Of a stretch of 64,000 nucleotides of DNA, positions 19,099-29,422 are shown piece after piece. The stretch's first letter is position 1. Each line of letters starts with the position of its first letter. The stretch comes from Lachnospiraceae bacterium (GTDB taxonomy: Bacteria > Bacillota > Clostridia > Lachnospirales > Lachnospiraceae), in the NCBI GenBank assembly GCA_045126215.1, contig JBGVOD010000051.1, positions 1,615 through 65,614 on the forward strand. The letters are read 5' to 3'. The position numbers and the translations under genes are program-made. The notes under the pieces are model-generated. The model was not told the DNA's origin and ran no database searches. It was given only the letters and a program-made list of their open reading frames with translations.

Positions 19099-19887
19099 AT
19101 GGATTTGGCTTCACTGATTGGTATAATCGGTGGTATTGTTTTGATAGTTATTGGTATCATCACTGGTGAGGAGGGGCCTGCAGCTCTTAAGAACTTTGGT
19201 GACTTTGTATCAATCGTTATTACACTCGGTGGTACAATGACAGGATTACTTACATCAAATACAATATCAGATTATATTAATGGTCTTAAATGCTTTACAT
19301 TAGCCTTAAAAACACAAAAAGTTAATGAGGGTGAGACAATTAAAAAAATTATTGATTTATCAAATGTAGCTAGAAAAGAAGGATTACTTGCTCTTGAAGG
19401 AGCTGCGGCAGAACTTGATGATCAGTTTATGAAAAAAGGTGTTCTTTTAATAGTTGATGGTACTGATTCGGATTTGGTAAGAGCGATTCTTGAAACAGAA
19501 CTTTCGTGTATTGAAACAAGACATAAAAAAGTTATTTCATTCTGGAATAATATGGCAGCCATGGGTCCTGCATGGGGAATGATTGGTACTCTTATTGGAC
19601 TTGTTAACATGTTGAAAAATCTGGAAGATGCGTCTACGATTGGACCAAATATGGCGGTTGCACTTCTTACAACATTATATGGTTCTATGATTGCTAACTG
19701 GATTGCAACACCTGTTGCAAATAAGCTTTCAGTTAATAATGATATTGAAATAATGTTGAAAGAAGTTATGATAGAAGGACTTTTATCTATACAGGCAGGT
19801 GAAAATCCTAGAGTAATTGAAGAAAAACTCAAATCGTTCTTATCACCTAAGCAGAGAGATGTGCTTGGTCAAGAGGGTGGTGAATAG
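19099..19887 (+). CDS. motA: Flagellar stator protein MotA
   Basis: MotA/TolQ/ExbB proton-channel family, four TM segments (AMGPAWGMIGTLIGL). ATG 19099 is preferred over GTG 19090. Confidence 0.93.
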   Translation: MDLASLIGIIGGIVLIVIGIITGEEGPAALKNFGDFVSIVITLGGTMTGLLTSNTISDYINGLKCFTLALKTQKVNEGETIKKIIDLSNVARKEGLLALEGAAAELDDQFMKKGVLLIVDGTDSDLVRAILETELSCIETRHKKVISFWNNMAAMGPAWGMIGTLIGLVNMLKNLEDASTIGPNMAVALLTTLYGSMIANWIATPVANKLSVNNDIEIMLKEVMIEGLLSIQAGENPRVIEEKLKSFLSPKQRDVLGQEGGE

Positions 19888-19889
19888 GA

Positions 19890-20720
19890 GTGGCAAAGAA
19901 AAAGAAAGAGCCGGAAGGCGGTGGCGGATCACCTGCGTGGATGTCTACGTTTAGTGATTTGATGAATTTATTGCTTTGTTTCTTCGTTTTACTTTTCTCA
20001 ATGTCATCAATTGATGCTGAAAAGTTTGAAGAGGTTGTAGCGTCGTTACAATCGAGCTTTAGTATTTTTGATGGGGGAGCTACTTCTATTACAGAAGGTG
20101 ATTTGATTTCAAGTGGAGTTAGTCAGTTAAATCAGTTTAATGATTATTTCAACAATATGGGTACAAATCAAGATGAAGATGTTGAGATGAACAAAGATAC
20201 ACTTGAGGCGTTTGAGGAATATCAGGAGCAGCAACAGCAGGAAGCATCTGAAAAGCTCGAAGAAGAGCTGGAAGAAAAGTTGGGAAACTCTGGACTGTTG
20301 AGCAATAATGATATAGAGATAGACATAACATCACAGTATGTTATGCTTACACTTAACGGAGCATTATTGTTTGATTCGGGAAGTGCCAATATAAAAGAAG
20401 GTGCAGAAAAGTTTATGGATAAACTTGGAGAGGTCCTTAAAACATATGATGGTTATAGTGTTCAGATTGTTGGACATACAGATACGGTTCCGATGGTGTC
20501 AAATGGAAAGTATTCGGATAATATGGAACTTTCACAAGGAAGAGCGTATAGTATTTTTAAATACTTGGTTGAAGTTAAAAATATGAATGCAGAACATATG
20601 GAGTGTACCGGAAGAGGTGAGTATGAACCAATTGCTTCTAATGATACAGCAGAAGGAAGAGCTCAGAATAGAAGAGTTGAAATTAGAATTTATAACGAAC
20701 TGAGCAATATGCAGAAATAA
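19890..20720 (+). CDS. motB: Flagellar stator protein MotB
   Basis: N-terminal TM with conserved Asp (FSDLMNLLLCFF) and C-terminal OmpA-like domain (GHTD..NMELSQGRA..NRRVEI). Confidence 0.93.
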   Translation: MAKKKKEPEGGGGSPAWMSTFSDLMNLLLCFFVLLFSMSSIDAEKFEEVVASLQSSFSIFDGGATSITEGDLISSGVSQLNQFNDYFNNMGTNQDEDVEMNKDTLEAFEEYQEQQQQEASEKLEEELEEKLGNSGLLSNNDIEIDITSQYVMLTLNGALLFDSGSANIKEGAEKFMDKLGEVLKTYDGYSVQIVGHTDTVPMVSNGKYSDNMELSQGRAYSIFKYLVEVKNMNAEHMECTGRGEYEPIASNDTAEGRAQNRRVEIRIYNELSNMQK

Positions 20721-20738
20721 ACTGGAGGAATTGACTAA

Positions 20739-21251
20739 ATGAAAAAAGGTTTGGTTAATATAATAATTTTAGTATTGGCTATTACAAATATTGTACTTAG
20801 TGCAATAATTGTTTTTGCAGTTGTTCCGGCAATGAACAATACCAATGATTTGGTAAAAAAAGTAGCAGAAGCTATAGATCTTGAAAAAGAAGGTAAGAAT
20901 CAGGCGGCAGATGGTCTTAGTATTGATAATATTGATACATTTACCTTTACCGATAAACTTTTGATAAGTTTGAAACAGGGTGAAGACGGAAAAAGCCATT
21001 ATGCTACATTTAAACTTACATTAACACTAGATAAGACGGATGAATCATACGAAGCATATTTAGAAAAGCTTAAAGCTAATGAAGCTTTGATGAAATCAGA
21101 AATAAATAAAGTGGTTTCTAAGTATACAAAGTATGAGGTTGAAAATAATCAGGAAGCAATTCTGGAAGAAATTGTTAAAAACCTAAGATTATTATTTGAT
21201 GATACAACATTTATTTACAGTGCAGGATTTAGTGATTTTGTAACTCAGTAA
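20739..21251 (+). CDS. fliL: Flagellar basal-body-associated protein FliL
   Basis: Single N-terminal TM, size, and position after motB. Confidence 0.85.
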   Translation: MKKGLVNIIILVLAITNIVLSAIIVFAVVPAMNNTNDLVKKVAEAIDLEKEGKNQAADGLSIDNIDTFTFTDKLLISLKQGEDGKSHYATFKLTLTLDKTDESYEAYLEKLKANEALMKSEINKVVSKYTKYEVENNQEAILEEIVKNLRLLFDDTTFIYSAGFSDFVTQ

Positions 21252-21287
21252 AACCCATAGGAAGATAACCTAAGGGAGGTGAGGATT

Positions 21288-22271
21288 TTGGGTGAGGTAC
21301 TATCACAAAATGAAATTGATAACCTGTTGAAAGCACTTAGTACAGGTGAGCTTGATGCAGATGACTATAAAAATAAAGACGAAAAACAGGTTAAGGTATA
21401 TGATTTTGCAAGACCTTCCAAATTCTCTAAGGAACATTTAAGAACATTAGAGATAATTTTTGAACATTATGGAAGATTGTTGTATACAAACCTTCCTGCA
21501 TACCTTAGAAAAAATATTCAGGTTGAAGTAATGAATTCGGAAGCAGTAGCATATTCAGAATTTTTAAATGCTTTATCAAATCCGGTTTTACTTGGCATAA
21601 TCGATTTTGAACCATTGAAGGGAAATATTATTATGGAACTTGCTTCAAATCTTGGTTATGCAATAATAGACAGAATGCTTGGCGGAGAGGGCGTTTCTTT
21701 GGAAAAAAAGCGTGATTTCTCAGAAATAGAGATTATCATTATTGAACGAATAATGACTATCTGTGTTGATTTACTTAGGGAACCATGGCAAAATGTAGTG
21801 GCTATCAAGCCAAGACTTGTAAGAATTGAGACAAACCCTCAGTTCGCACAGATTATATCTCCACAGGAAATGATTGCTATCATTACTGTAAATTTACGAA
21901 TAGGTGACGTAGAAGGACTTATGAATATATGCCTTCCATATATATGTTTGGAAGATGTAATGGATAAGTTAAATACAAAGTATTGGTTCTCTACTATGAA
22001 AGAAAAGGATGAGAATACATACGAAGATGCTATTGAATCACTTATTTCAAAGGCGGAGATTCCTTTAAGAGCAATGCTTGGAGGAAGCACAATTTCTGTA
22101 AATGACTTTGTAAATCTTCAAAAAGGAGATATTATTAAACTGGATGCACCAGTTGGACAGGAATTGGAAGTTTATGTAGGAAATATTAGGAAGTTTAAAG
22201 CACTTCCTGGTACATCAAATGATAACTACGCAGTAAGAGTTACATCAGTCATTAGGGAGGAAGAAGAATAG
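21288..22271 (+). CDS. fliM: Flagellar motor switch protein FliM
   Basis: N-terminal CheY-P binding motif LSQNEIDNLL. TTG 21288 is spaced 8 nt from GGAGG; the ORF-track GTG 21279 lies inside the RBS. Confidence 0.9.
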   Translation: MGEVLSQNEIDNLLKALSTGELDADDYKNKDEKQVKVYDFARPSKFSKEHLRTLEIIFEHYGRLLYTNLPAYLRKNIQVEVMNSEAVAYSEFLNALSNPVLLGIIDFEPLKGNIIMELASNLGYAIIDRMLGGEGVSLEKKRDFSEIEIIIIERIMTICVDLLREPWQNVVAIKPRLVRIETNPQFAQIISPQEMIAIITVNLRIGDVEGLMNICLPYICLEDVMDKLNTKYWFSTMKEKDENTYEDAIESLISKAEIPLRAMLGGSTISVNDFVNLQKGDIIKLDAPVGQELEVYVGNIRKFKALPGTSNDNYAVRVTSVIREEEE

Positions 22272-23516
22272 ATGGACGGAATGCTATCACAAGACGAAAT
22301 AAATGCATTATTAAATGCAATGGATTCGAGTGAAGACAGTTTCAGCAGTGATTCTGCAGATAATAGTCTAAGTTCGGGTAAAGAATATCTCTCTGACATG
22401 GAAAAGGATACTATGGGAGAGATTTCAAATATTAGCATGGGTACAGCTGCAACTACTTTGTCTTCCCTTGTTAATCAGAAAGTTGATATTACAACACCAA
22501 CAGTTAGCTTTTCAACATGGAATGACTTGGTTTCTGAATATGACAGACCATGTGTATTCTTACAGATTTCATATAGAGAAGGATTAAATGGAAACAATGT
22601 CCTTATTTTAAAAGAAAGTGATGTAAAAATAATAGCAGATTTAATGATGGGTGGAGATGGTACAAATGTATCAGGCGAATTAGGCGAATTACATTTAAGT
22701 GCTATTTCTGAAGCAATGAATCAGATGATGGGTTCAGCATCCACATCGCTTTCGTCTATGTTAAATCTTAAAATTGATATCAGTCCACCTTCGGCAAGTT
22801 TGGTAGATTTATCAGATACCGTAGATGAAAATGATATATCAGATTTCTTAAAGGGTGATTTTGTAAGAATATCCTTTAGAATGACTATCGGCGATTTGGT
22901 TGATAGTGAAATAATGCAGTTATTCCCTATAGAGTTTTGTAAAACTCTATGTCATAAATTTGGTGTGGGTGAAGAGGAATCAGCAGCCGAAACAAGCACA
23001 CCAGTAGCAGAGGAAACAAAAGCAACAGAGCCTATGATGGGACAGATGCCACAACAGCAGCCAATGGATCAGCAGCCAATGGGTGCTTATGGACAGATGC
23101 CTCAACAGATGGGTTATCCAATGCAAGGGATGCCACCAATGGGTTATCCAATGCAGGGAATGCCACAGATGGGGTATCAGGTGCAAGGTTATCCAATGCA
23201 GGGAATGCCACCAATGCCAGAAGTAAATGTACAACCAGTACAGTTTCAGGCATTTAATCCTGATTTGGTAGCAGTTAATCAGAAGGAAAACATCAATCTT
23301 ATTATGGATGTTCCTCTTGAAGTAACTGTTGAACTTGGAAGAACAACTAAGTCAATTCAGGATATACTTGAATTTGCACCAGGTACAATTATCGAATTGA
23401 ACAAAATTGCTGGTGAACCAATAGACGTACTTGTAAATGGCAAGTATGTTGCAAAAGGTGAAGTAGTAGTTATCGAGGAAAGTTTTGGTGTAAGAGTAAC
23501 AGAAATTATAAAATAA
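22272..23516 (+). CDS. fliY: Flagellar switch protein FliY (CheC-like N-terminal domain fused to FliN domain)
   Basis: LSQDEINALL, two CheC-type motifs (EISNISMGTAAT, EAMNQMMGSAST), and C-terminal FliN/SpoA domain (VPLEVTVELGRT..VLVNGKYVAKGEVVV). Confidence 0.92.
   Translation: MDGMLSQDEINALLNAMDSSEDSFSSDSADNSLSSGKEYLSDMEKDTMGEISNISMGTAATTLSSLVNQKVDITTPTVSFSTWNDLVSEYDRPCVFLQISYREGLNGNNVLILKESDVKIIADLMMGGDGTNVSGELGELHLSAISEAMNQMMGSASTSLSSMLNLKIDISPPSASLVDLSDTVDENDISDFLKGDFVRISFRMTIGDLVDSEIMQLFPIEFCKTLCHKFGVGEEESAAETSTPVAEETKATEPMMGQMPQQQPMDQQPMGAYGQMPQQMGYPMQGMPPMGYPMQGMPQMGYQVQGYPMQGMPPMPEVNVQPVQFQAFNPDLVAVNQKENINLIMDVPLEVTVELGRTTKSIQDILEFAPGTIIELNKIAGEPIDVLVNGKYVAKGEVVVIEESFGVRVTEIIK
23109..23216 (+). 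repeat. In-frame 30-bp tandem repeat in the fliY linker (GYPMQGMPxM units)
   Basis: Units at 23109-23138 and 23139-23168, plus a degenerate third unit ending at 23216. Embedded in an M/P/Q/G-rich segment at about 23035-23222. Confidence 0.85.
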
Positions 23517-23535
23517 TTTTTAGGAGAGAAATGTT

Positions 23536-23898
23536 ATGGCAAAAAATATATTAATTTGTGATGATGCAGCTTTCATGCGCATGATGATTAAGGATATTTT
23601 AACTAAAAACGGATATAACATAGCTGGAGAAGCTGAAAACGGTAAGATTGCAGTAGAAAAATATGCTGAAACAAAACCTGATTTAGTAATGATGGATATT
23701 ACAATGCCAGAAATGGATGGAATACAGGCTCTTAAGAAAATTAAGGAAAATGATCCTGGTGCTACAGTAATTATGTGTTCAGCTATGGGACAGCAGGCTA
23801 TGGTTATTGAATCAATACAGTCAGGGGCAAAGGATTTTATAGTAAAACCTTTCCAGGCAGACAGAGTATTAGAGGCTGTTAAGAAAGCAGTAGGTTAA
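23536..23898 (+). CDS. cheY: Chemotaxis response regulator CheY
   Basis: 120-aa stand-alone receiver (ILICDDAAFMR..MMDITMPEMDG..KPF). Confidence 0.95.
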   Translation: MAKNILICDDAAFMRMMIKDILTKNGYNIAGEAENGKIAVEKYAETKPDLVMMDITMPEMDGIQALKKIKENDPGATVIMCSAMGQQAMVIESIQSGAKDFIVKPFQADRVLEAVKKAVG

Positions 23899-23909
23899 AT
23901 GGTAACAAT

Positions 23910-24296
23910 ATGAGTATTTTTGCAGCAGACGCAGTAATGAGTTTATTGCGATTAATTTCATTAATAATAGTTTTTATTATTGTTTTAGCAGTTACATATT
24001 ATGTAACCAGATGGGTTGGTGGATATCAGAAGGAAAAATATTCCAAAGGTAACATCCAGATTGTTGAAGCTAGACAGCTTGGACAGAATAAATTTATTTA
24101 TGTTGCAAAGATTGGAAATGATTATTTTGCATTATCTTCCGGAAAAGAGAATTTTTCAGTTATAGGGAAGCTGGACCCAGAGGGGCTTAGCCTCCCGGAA
24201 GATGATGCAAAAGAAAATGGACAGAATAGTTCTATAAAAGAACCCTTTAAAGATATTTTAAAAAGGGTTAAGGATTTAAAAAAATCTAAAGAGTAA
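23910..24296 (+). CDS. fliO: Flagellar biosynthesis protein FliO (FliZ)
   Basis: Single TM followed by the RQLGQNKFIYVAKIGNDYFAL motif. Position before fliP. Confidence 0.8.
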   Translation: MSIFAADAVMSLLRLISLIIVFIIVLAVTYYVTRWVGGYQKEKYSKGNIQIVEARQLGQNKFIYVAKIGNDYFALSSGKENFSVIGKLDPEGLSLPEDDAKENGQNSSIKEPFKDILKRVKDLKKSKE

Positions 24297-24309
24297 AAGG
24301 TATAGAAAG

Positions 24310-25122
24310 ATGAAAAAACATGTAAAAAAAATCTATAAAATACTGTGCCTTCTTCTTTTGATTTTCACTATTTCACTTGCATTTGGTGAAAAAACGTTGG
24401 CAGATGAAAATGATACAACAACTACAGAAGAAGCAACAATTGATACTTCTGGAAGTGATGTATTAGGAATTACAGTCTCAACAGATTCTGAGGGTATTAG
24501 CAGTGCATTAAAGATAGTTTTAGTGCTTACGGTCATTGCGTTATGCCCTTCTATTCTTGTTATGCTTACTTCTTTTACAAGAATATTGATTGTAATGCAT
24601 TTTACAAGAAGTGCGCTAGGAACGCAGAGTGCACCACCAAACCAAATTCTCATTGGTATTTCCTTGTTTTTAACAATATTTATTATGTCACCGGTGTTTA
24701 TGTCTATATATAATGATGCATATGTACCATTTGAAAATGATGAAATTACACAGGAAGAATTTTTTGAAGCAGCAATGGAACCACTTCGTGATTTTATGTT
24801 CAAAAATGTTGATGATAAGGATTTGGATTCAATGTGCCAGATTGCAAAGATTGAATCAGTTGAAACTCAAGATGACATCCCAACAACGGTTTTGATACCA
24901 GCATTTATACTAAGTGAATTAAGAATCGCCTTTTTCATAGGCTTCTTAATATATATACCATTTCTTGTAATCGATATGGTAGTATCGTCAGTACTTATGT
25001 CAATGGGAATGATGATGTTACCACCGACTACAATTTCAATGCCATTCAAAATATTGCTTTTTGTATTGGCAGATGGTTGGAACCTGATAATTGTTAACCT
25101 TGTTCAAACAATAGTTGTTTAG
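24310..25122 (+). CDS. fliP: Flagellar export apparatus protein FliP
   Basis: Signal-like N-terminus and conserved LTSFTRILIVMHFTRSALG and MSMGMMMLPP motifs. Confidence 0.96.
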   Translation: MKKHVKKIYKILCLLLLIFTISLAFGEKTLADENDTTTTEEATIDTSGSDVLGITVSTDSEGISSALKIVLVLTVIALCPSILVMLTSFTRILIVMHFTRSALGTQSAPPNQILIGISLFLTIFIMSPVFMSIYNDAYVPFENDEITQEEFFEAAMEPLRDFMFKNVDDKDLDSMCQIAKIESVETQDDIPTTVLIPAFILSELRIAFFIGFLIYIPFLVIDMVVSSVLMSMGMMMLPPTTISMPFKILLFVLADGWNLIIVNLVQTIVV

Positions 25123-25133
25123 GAGGTCTTTAT

Positions 25134-25400
25134 ATGACAGTAGAAGCTGTATTAGATGTAGCCAGCGAAGCTATTTGGATTATTATTATTACATCTGGAC
25201 CTCTGATATTAATATCACTTGTTGTTGGATTAATAATAAGTATTTTGCAGGCTGTAACTTCTATACAGGAACAAACTCTTACATTTGTTCCAAAGTTGAT
25301 TGCAATATTTATTGGATTAATGATTTTGGGTTCATTTATTTTAAATACTATTGTTGAGTTTATGACTAATTTATGGTCTAGTTTTGGAGAATATATATAA
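25134..25400 (+). CDS. fliQ: Flagellar export apparatus protein FliQ
   Basis: 88-aa two-TM protein (GLIISILQAVTSIQEQTLTFVPK). Confidence 0.95.
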   Translation: MTVEAVLDVASEAIWIIIITSGPLILISLVVGLIISILQAVTSIQEQTLTFVPKLIAIFIGLMILGSFILNTIVEFMTNLWSSFGEYI

Positions 25401-26179
25401 TGGATATTAATATTTCTATTTCTCAATTGAATTTAGAATATTTTTTTCTTGTATTGGTAAGAATAACTTCTTTTGTATATATTGCACCATTTTATGGTCA
25501 GACGAATGTGCCTCAGAGAATTAAGTTGGGGCTTTCTGTGTTTTTATCGATAATTATTTTTAATCTGACAAACGGACAGGTGCCAGAATATGACTCAGTA
25601 CTTGAGTATGCTATTCTTGTAGTCAAAGAGAGCGTTGCCGGATTATTAATAGGTTTTTCTGCATATATTTCAAACACAATTATTTTATTTGCAGGTCGTA
25701 TTATTGATACAGATATTGGTTTGTCAATGGCTCAGGTATTTGATCCGGCAACAAGATCTCAAGTTACAATTACTGGTTCATTTTATCAATACATATTGAT
25801 GCTTATTATGATTGCATCTGATATGCATATTTTTTTATTGAATGCAATTGTTGATTCATTTTCACTTATACCTGTTGGTGGAATTGGTGTTAGGATGACA
25901 ATGTATTCAACGTTTGTCGGATTTTTAAGAGACTATTTTCTTATTGGATTTAGAATAGTGTTACCGGTATTTACTGCAATATTAATTTTGAACTGCGCTA
26001 TGGGTATTATGACAAAGATTGCTACATCAATACATATGTTTTCAATCGGAATCCAGATTAAGGTACTTGGTGGTTTTGCAATATTATTCGTAACAGTAGG
26101 ATTGCTTCCAAGTATAGCAAACTTCATCTTTGAAGAAATGCAGGAAATGGTGATTTCAATTATGAAGGATATGACATAG
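25400..26179 (+). CDS. fliR: Flagellar export apparatus protein FliR
   Basis: 259-aa polytopic protein. Start overlaps the fliQ stop; position is conserved. Confidence 0.92.
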   Translation: MDINISISQLNLEYFFLVLVRITSFVYIAPFYGQTNVPQRIKLGLSVFLSIIIFNLTNGQVPEYDSVLEYAILVVKESVAGLLIGFSAYISNTIILFAGRIIDTDIGLSMAQVFDPATRSQVTITGSFYQYILMLIMIASDMHIFLLNAIVDSFSLIPVGGIGVRMTMYSTFVGFLRDYFLIGFRIVLPVFTAILILNCAMGIMTKIATSIHMFSIGIQIKVLGGFAILFVTVGLLPSIANFIFEEMQEMVISIMKDMT

Positions 26180-26180
26180 T

Positions 26181-27329
26181 ATGATAGATTATGAAAATAC
26201 AGAGGTATTATTAAAACTTAATCTGCAGTTATTTGCAAAAGACGGACCAGGTGGAGAAAAAACCGAACCTGCAACACAGAAAAAGCTTGATGATGCCAGA
26301 AAAGAAGGGCAGGTAGCTAAAAGCAAAGAGATTGTTAATGCTGTTTTTTTGGTTGTTATATTCTATTTTTTGCAGTTTACTATTGGTACAATAGGAGATG
26401 AATTATTAGAAAATTTTAATGAAAATTATTCATTTATCTCACTGTACAAGGATAGAGAATCAATGACTGTAGCTACAGCAGTAAAAATTATTAATGAGAA
26501 TTTAAAAAATATTCTTCTTATTATTGCACCTGTAATGATTCTTGCATTTGCAATATATTTTATAGGAAATTTAGTACAGGTAAAATGGAAACCAACAGGT
26601 AAACCATTAATGCCAAAATTCAACAAGTTAAGTCCTGCATCGGGGATAAAGAGAATTTTCTCAAAACAGGCCTTGGTTAATATGTTAAAATCAATTGCGA
26701 TTGTTGCAATTTGTATATATATCGTGTATACAGAGATTTTAGATAATTATAAGGGACTTTTTAATCTATACGAGATATCACTGCAAAATGGACTTTTATT
26801 CACTGGAGAAATGATATTTTCGGTGGCAACAAAAATAAGTTTATTTTATTTGATTATTGGATTGATTGATTTAATCTTTCAAAGAAGAAAGTTTAATAAA
26901 GATATGATGATGACCAAGCAGGAGATAAAAGATGAATACAAGATGACAGAAGGAGATCCGACAGTCAAACAGCAGCAGAAGAGACGTATGCGTGAGGCAT
27001 CACAAAGAAGAATGATGCAGAAACTGCCTGAAGCAGATGTTGTTATTACAAACCCAACGCATTATGCTGTTGCAATAAAGTACGATCTAGATATTGCAGA
27101 TGCTCCAGTGGTAATCGCTAAAGGTGAAGATTATCTGGCTTTGAAGATTAAAGAGGTTGCAAGAGAACACGATATAGAGATATACGAGAATAAGCCACTT
27201 GCACGAGCATTGTATGCTAGTGTAGATGTTGGTGAAAAAATACCACAAGAGCTCTATCAGGCTGTGGCAGAGGTTTTAGTGTTCGTATATGGTGTGAAAA
27301 ATAAAAAATTACCAATAAATAAGAAATAA
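26181..27329 (+). CDS. flhB: Flagellar export switch protein FlhB
   Basis: GEKTEPATQKKLDDARKEGQVAKSKE and the autocleavage site NPTHY. Confidence 0.96.
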   Translation: MIDYENTEVLLKLNLQLFAKDGPGGEKTEPATQKKLDDARKEGQVAKSKEIVNAVFLVVIFYFLQFTIGTIGDELLENFNENYSFISLYKDRESMTVATAVKIINENLKNILLIIAPVMILAFAIYFIGNLVQVKWKPTGKPLMPKFNKLSPASGIKRIFSKQALVNMLKSIAIVAICIYIVYTEILDNYKGLFNLYEISLQNGLLFTGEMIFSVATKISLFYLIIGLIDLIFQRRKFNKDMMMTKQEIKDEYKMTEGDPTVKQQQKRRMREASQRRMMQKLPEADVVITNPTHYAVAIKYDLDIADAPVVIAKGEDYLALKIKEVAREHDIEIYENKPLARALYASVDVGEKIPQELYQAVAEVLVFVYGVKNKKLPINKK

Positions 27330-27387
27330 ACAATATTATAATATTACATTATTAAAAATTACTAGAATACTAGGGAAAGGAGAAAGA

Positions 27388-29421
27388 ATGAAAAGAACAG
27401 ATTTTGGTGTGGCTTTATATTTAATTGCTGCTATAGTTTTTCTCATTATTCCTATTCCTAATACATTATTAGATGTGTTACTTGCTCTTAATATTGCAGT
27501 AGCACTTACAGTATTATTTAATGCATTGTTTTCGAAAGAAGCACTTAATATGTCTTCTTTCCCTTCATTGCTTTTGTTAACAACCTTATTCAGAATTTCG
27601 TTAAATGTGTCTTCTACAAAGCTTATTCTTGGAACTGGAAATCCAGGAAAAGTAGTTGAAACATTTGGACAGTTCGTAGGTGGTGGTGACCTCATAATAG
27701 GTATAATTGTATTTGTAATTTTACTTATTGTACAGTTTATGGTTATTAACAAAGGTTCTGAAAGAGTTGCAGAAGTAACTGCAAGATTCACACTGGATGC
27801 TATGCCTGGAAAACAGATGGCCATTGATGCTGACCTTAATACAGGTGCAATTAATGATAAACAGGCAAAGGAGCGAAGAGAAAAACTTCAGGAAGAATCA
27901 GCATTCTTTGGTTCTATGGATGGTGCTGTTAAGTATGTTAAAGGAGATGCTATAGCAGGTCTTATGATTACAGTTATCAATATCGTTGGTGGTATTGTAA
28001 TGGGTGTTTTAAGACAAGGATTAGAATTGAATGTTGCTCTCGAAAAGTATACAATCCTGACAATTGGAGATGGACTTGTGAGTTCAATTCCATCACTTTT
28101 AATATCACTAGCAACAGGTCTTATTGTAACAAAAGCTTCAAAAGAGGCTGATATGGGAGATACTGTATTCAATCAGTTATTCTCTATGCCAAAGGTTTTA
28201 TGGGGAACAGGTGGAGTGCTTATATTTTTAGGTATTTTCTCAGAACTTCCATTTCTTGTATTTGTTCCAATAGGTGCTTTTTGTATATATCTTGGATTTA
28301 ATCTTAGAGAAAAGCAGGTTGTGGAAGGAATTGAAGAAGAAGTTACAAAAGAGGAAAGCGAAGCAGAAGAAATCAGAAGACCGGAAAATGTTAATGCACT
28401 TTTACAGGTCGATCCTATAGAATTAGAGTTTGGATATGGTATAATACCATTAGCTGATGTTAATCAGGGAGGGGATTTACTTGATCGTGTTGTTATGATT
28501 AGACGACAGATAGCACTGGAACTTGGTGCGGTAGTTCCAATTATTCGTTTAAGAGATAATATTCAGTTAAATCCAAATCAATATATTATCAAGATTAAAG
28601 GAATTCAGGTAAGTGAGGGTGAGATTTTATTTGACCATTATCTTGCAATGAATCCAGGAATGGTTGAAGAGGAAATATCAGGTATTCCTACATTTGAACC
28701 TTCGTTCCATTTGCCAGCACTCTGGATAACAGAAAGTCAGAGAGAAAGAGCAGAATCCTTTGGATATACAGTTGTGGATCCACCATCAATTATTGCAACA
28801 CATTTGACTGAAGTTGTTAGACGACATATAGATGAGCTTCTTACACGTCAGGATGTACAAAATCTTATTTCAAATGTAAAAGAAACAAATCCAACATTAA
28901 TTGATGAACTTGTACCAAAGCTTATTGGTGTTGGTGAAATACAAAAAGTTCTTCAGAATTTATTACGCGAAGGAATTTCGATTAGAGATTTGATTACAAT
29001 ATTTGAAAATTTGTGTGATCATGCAGTTGTCACAAGGGATACGGATATTCTTACTGAATATGCAAGACAAAGCTTGAAGAGAGCAATATCAAGCAAATTC
29101 TTTGCTCCAAATGAAACGACAAGTGTTATAACTCTTGATCCAAATATTGAACAGGAGATAATGTCTTCGGTAAAACAGACAGAGCAAGGCTCATTTCTTT
29201 CACTTGATCCAAAGAAGGCTCAGGATATAATCAATAGTGTAAAGAATGAAATTTCAAAATTAGAAAATATGGGAAAGGCACCAATAATTGTAACTTCCCC
29301 TATTGTAAGAATATATTTTAAGAGACTTACAGAAGATTATTTTAAAGATTTGATTGTTATCTCGTATAATGAAATCGAATCTAATATAGAATTACAGTCA
29401 GTTGGGATGGTGAGCGTATAA
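27388..29421 (+). CDS. flhA: Flagellar export gate protein FlhA
   Basis: 677 aa with FHIPEP motifs (FPSLLLLTTLFR, ITARFTLDAMPGKQMAIDADL). Confidence 0.97.
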   Translation: MKRTDFGVALYLIAAIVFLIIPIPNTLLDVLLALNIAVALTVLFNALFSKEALNMSSFPSLLLLTTLFRISLNVSSTKLILGTGNPGKVVETFGQFVGGGDLIIGIIVFVILLIVQFMVINKGSERVAEVTARFTLDAMPGKQMAIDADLNTGAINDKQAKERREKLQEESAFFGSMDGAVKYVKGDAIAGLMITVINIVGGIVMGVLRQGLELNVALEKYTILTIGDGLVSSIPSLLISLATGLIVTKASKEADMGDTVFNQLFSMPKVLWGTGGVLIFLGIFSELPFLVFVPIGAFCIYLGFNLREKQVVEGIEEEVTKEESEAEEIRRPENVNALLQVDPIELEFGYGIIPLADVNQGGDLLDRVVMIRRQIALELGAVVPIIRLRDNIQLNPNQYIIKIKGIQVSEGEILFDHYLAMNPGMVEEEISGIPTFEPSFHLPALWITESQRERAESFGYTVVDPPSIIATHLTEVVRRHIDELLTRQDVQNLISNVKETNPTLIDELVPKLIGVGEIQKVLQNLLREGISIRDLITIFENLCDHAVVTRDTDILTEYARQSLKRAISSKFFAPNETTSVITLDPNIEQEIMSSVKQTEQGSFLSLDPKKAQDIINSVKNEISKLENMGKAPIIVTSPIVRIYFKRLTEDYFKDLIVISYNEIESNIELQSVGMVSV

Positions 29422-29422
29422 T

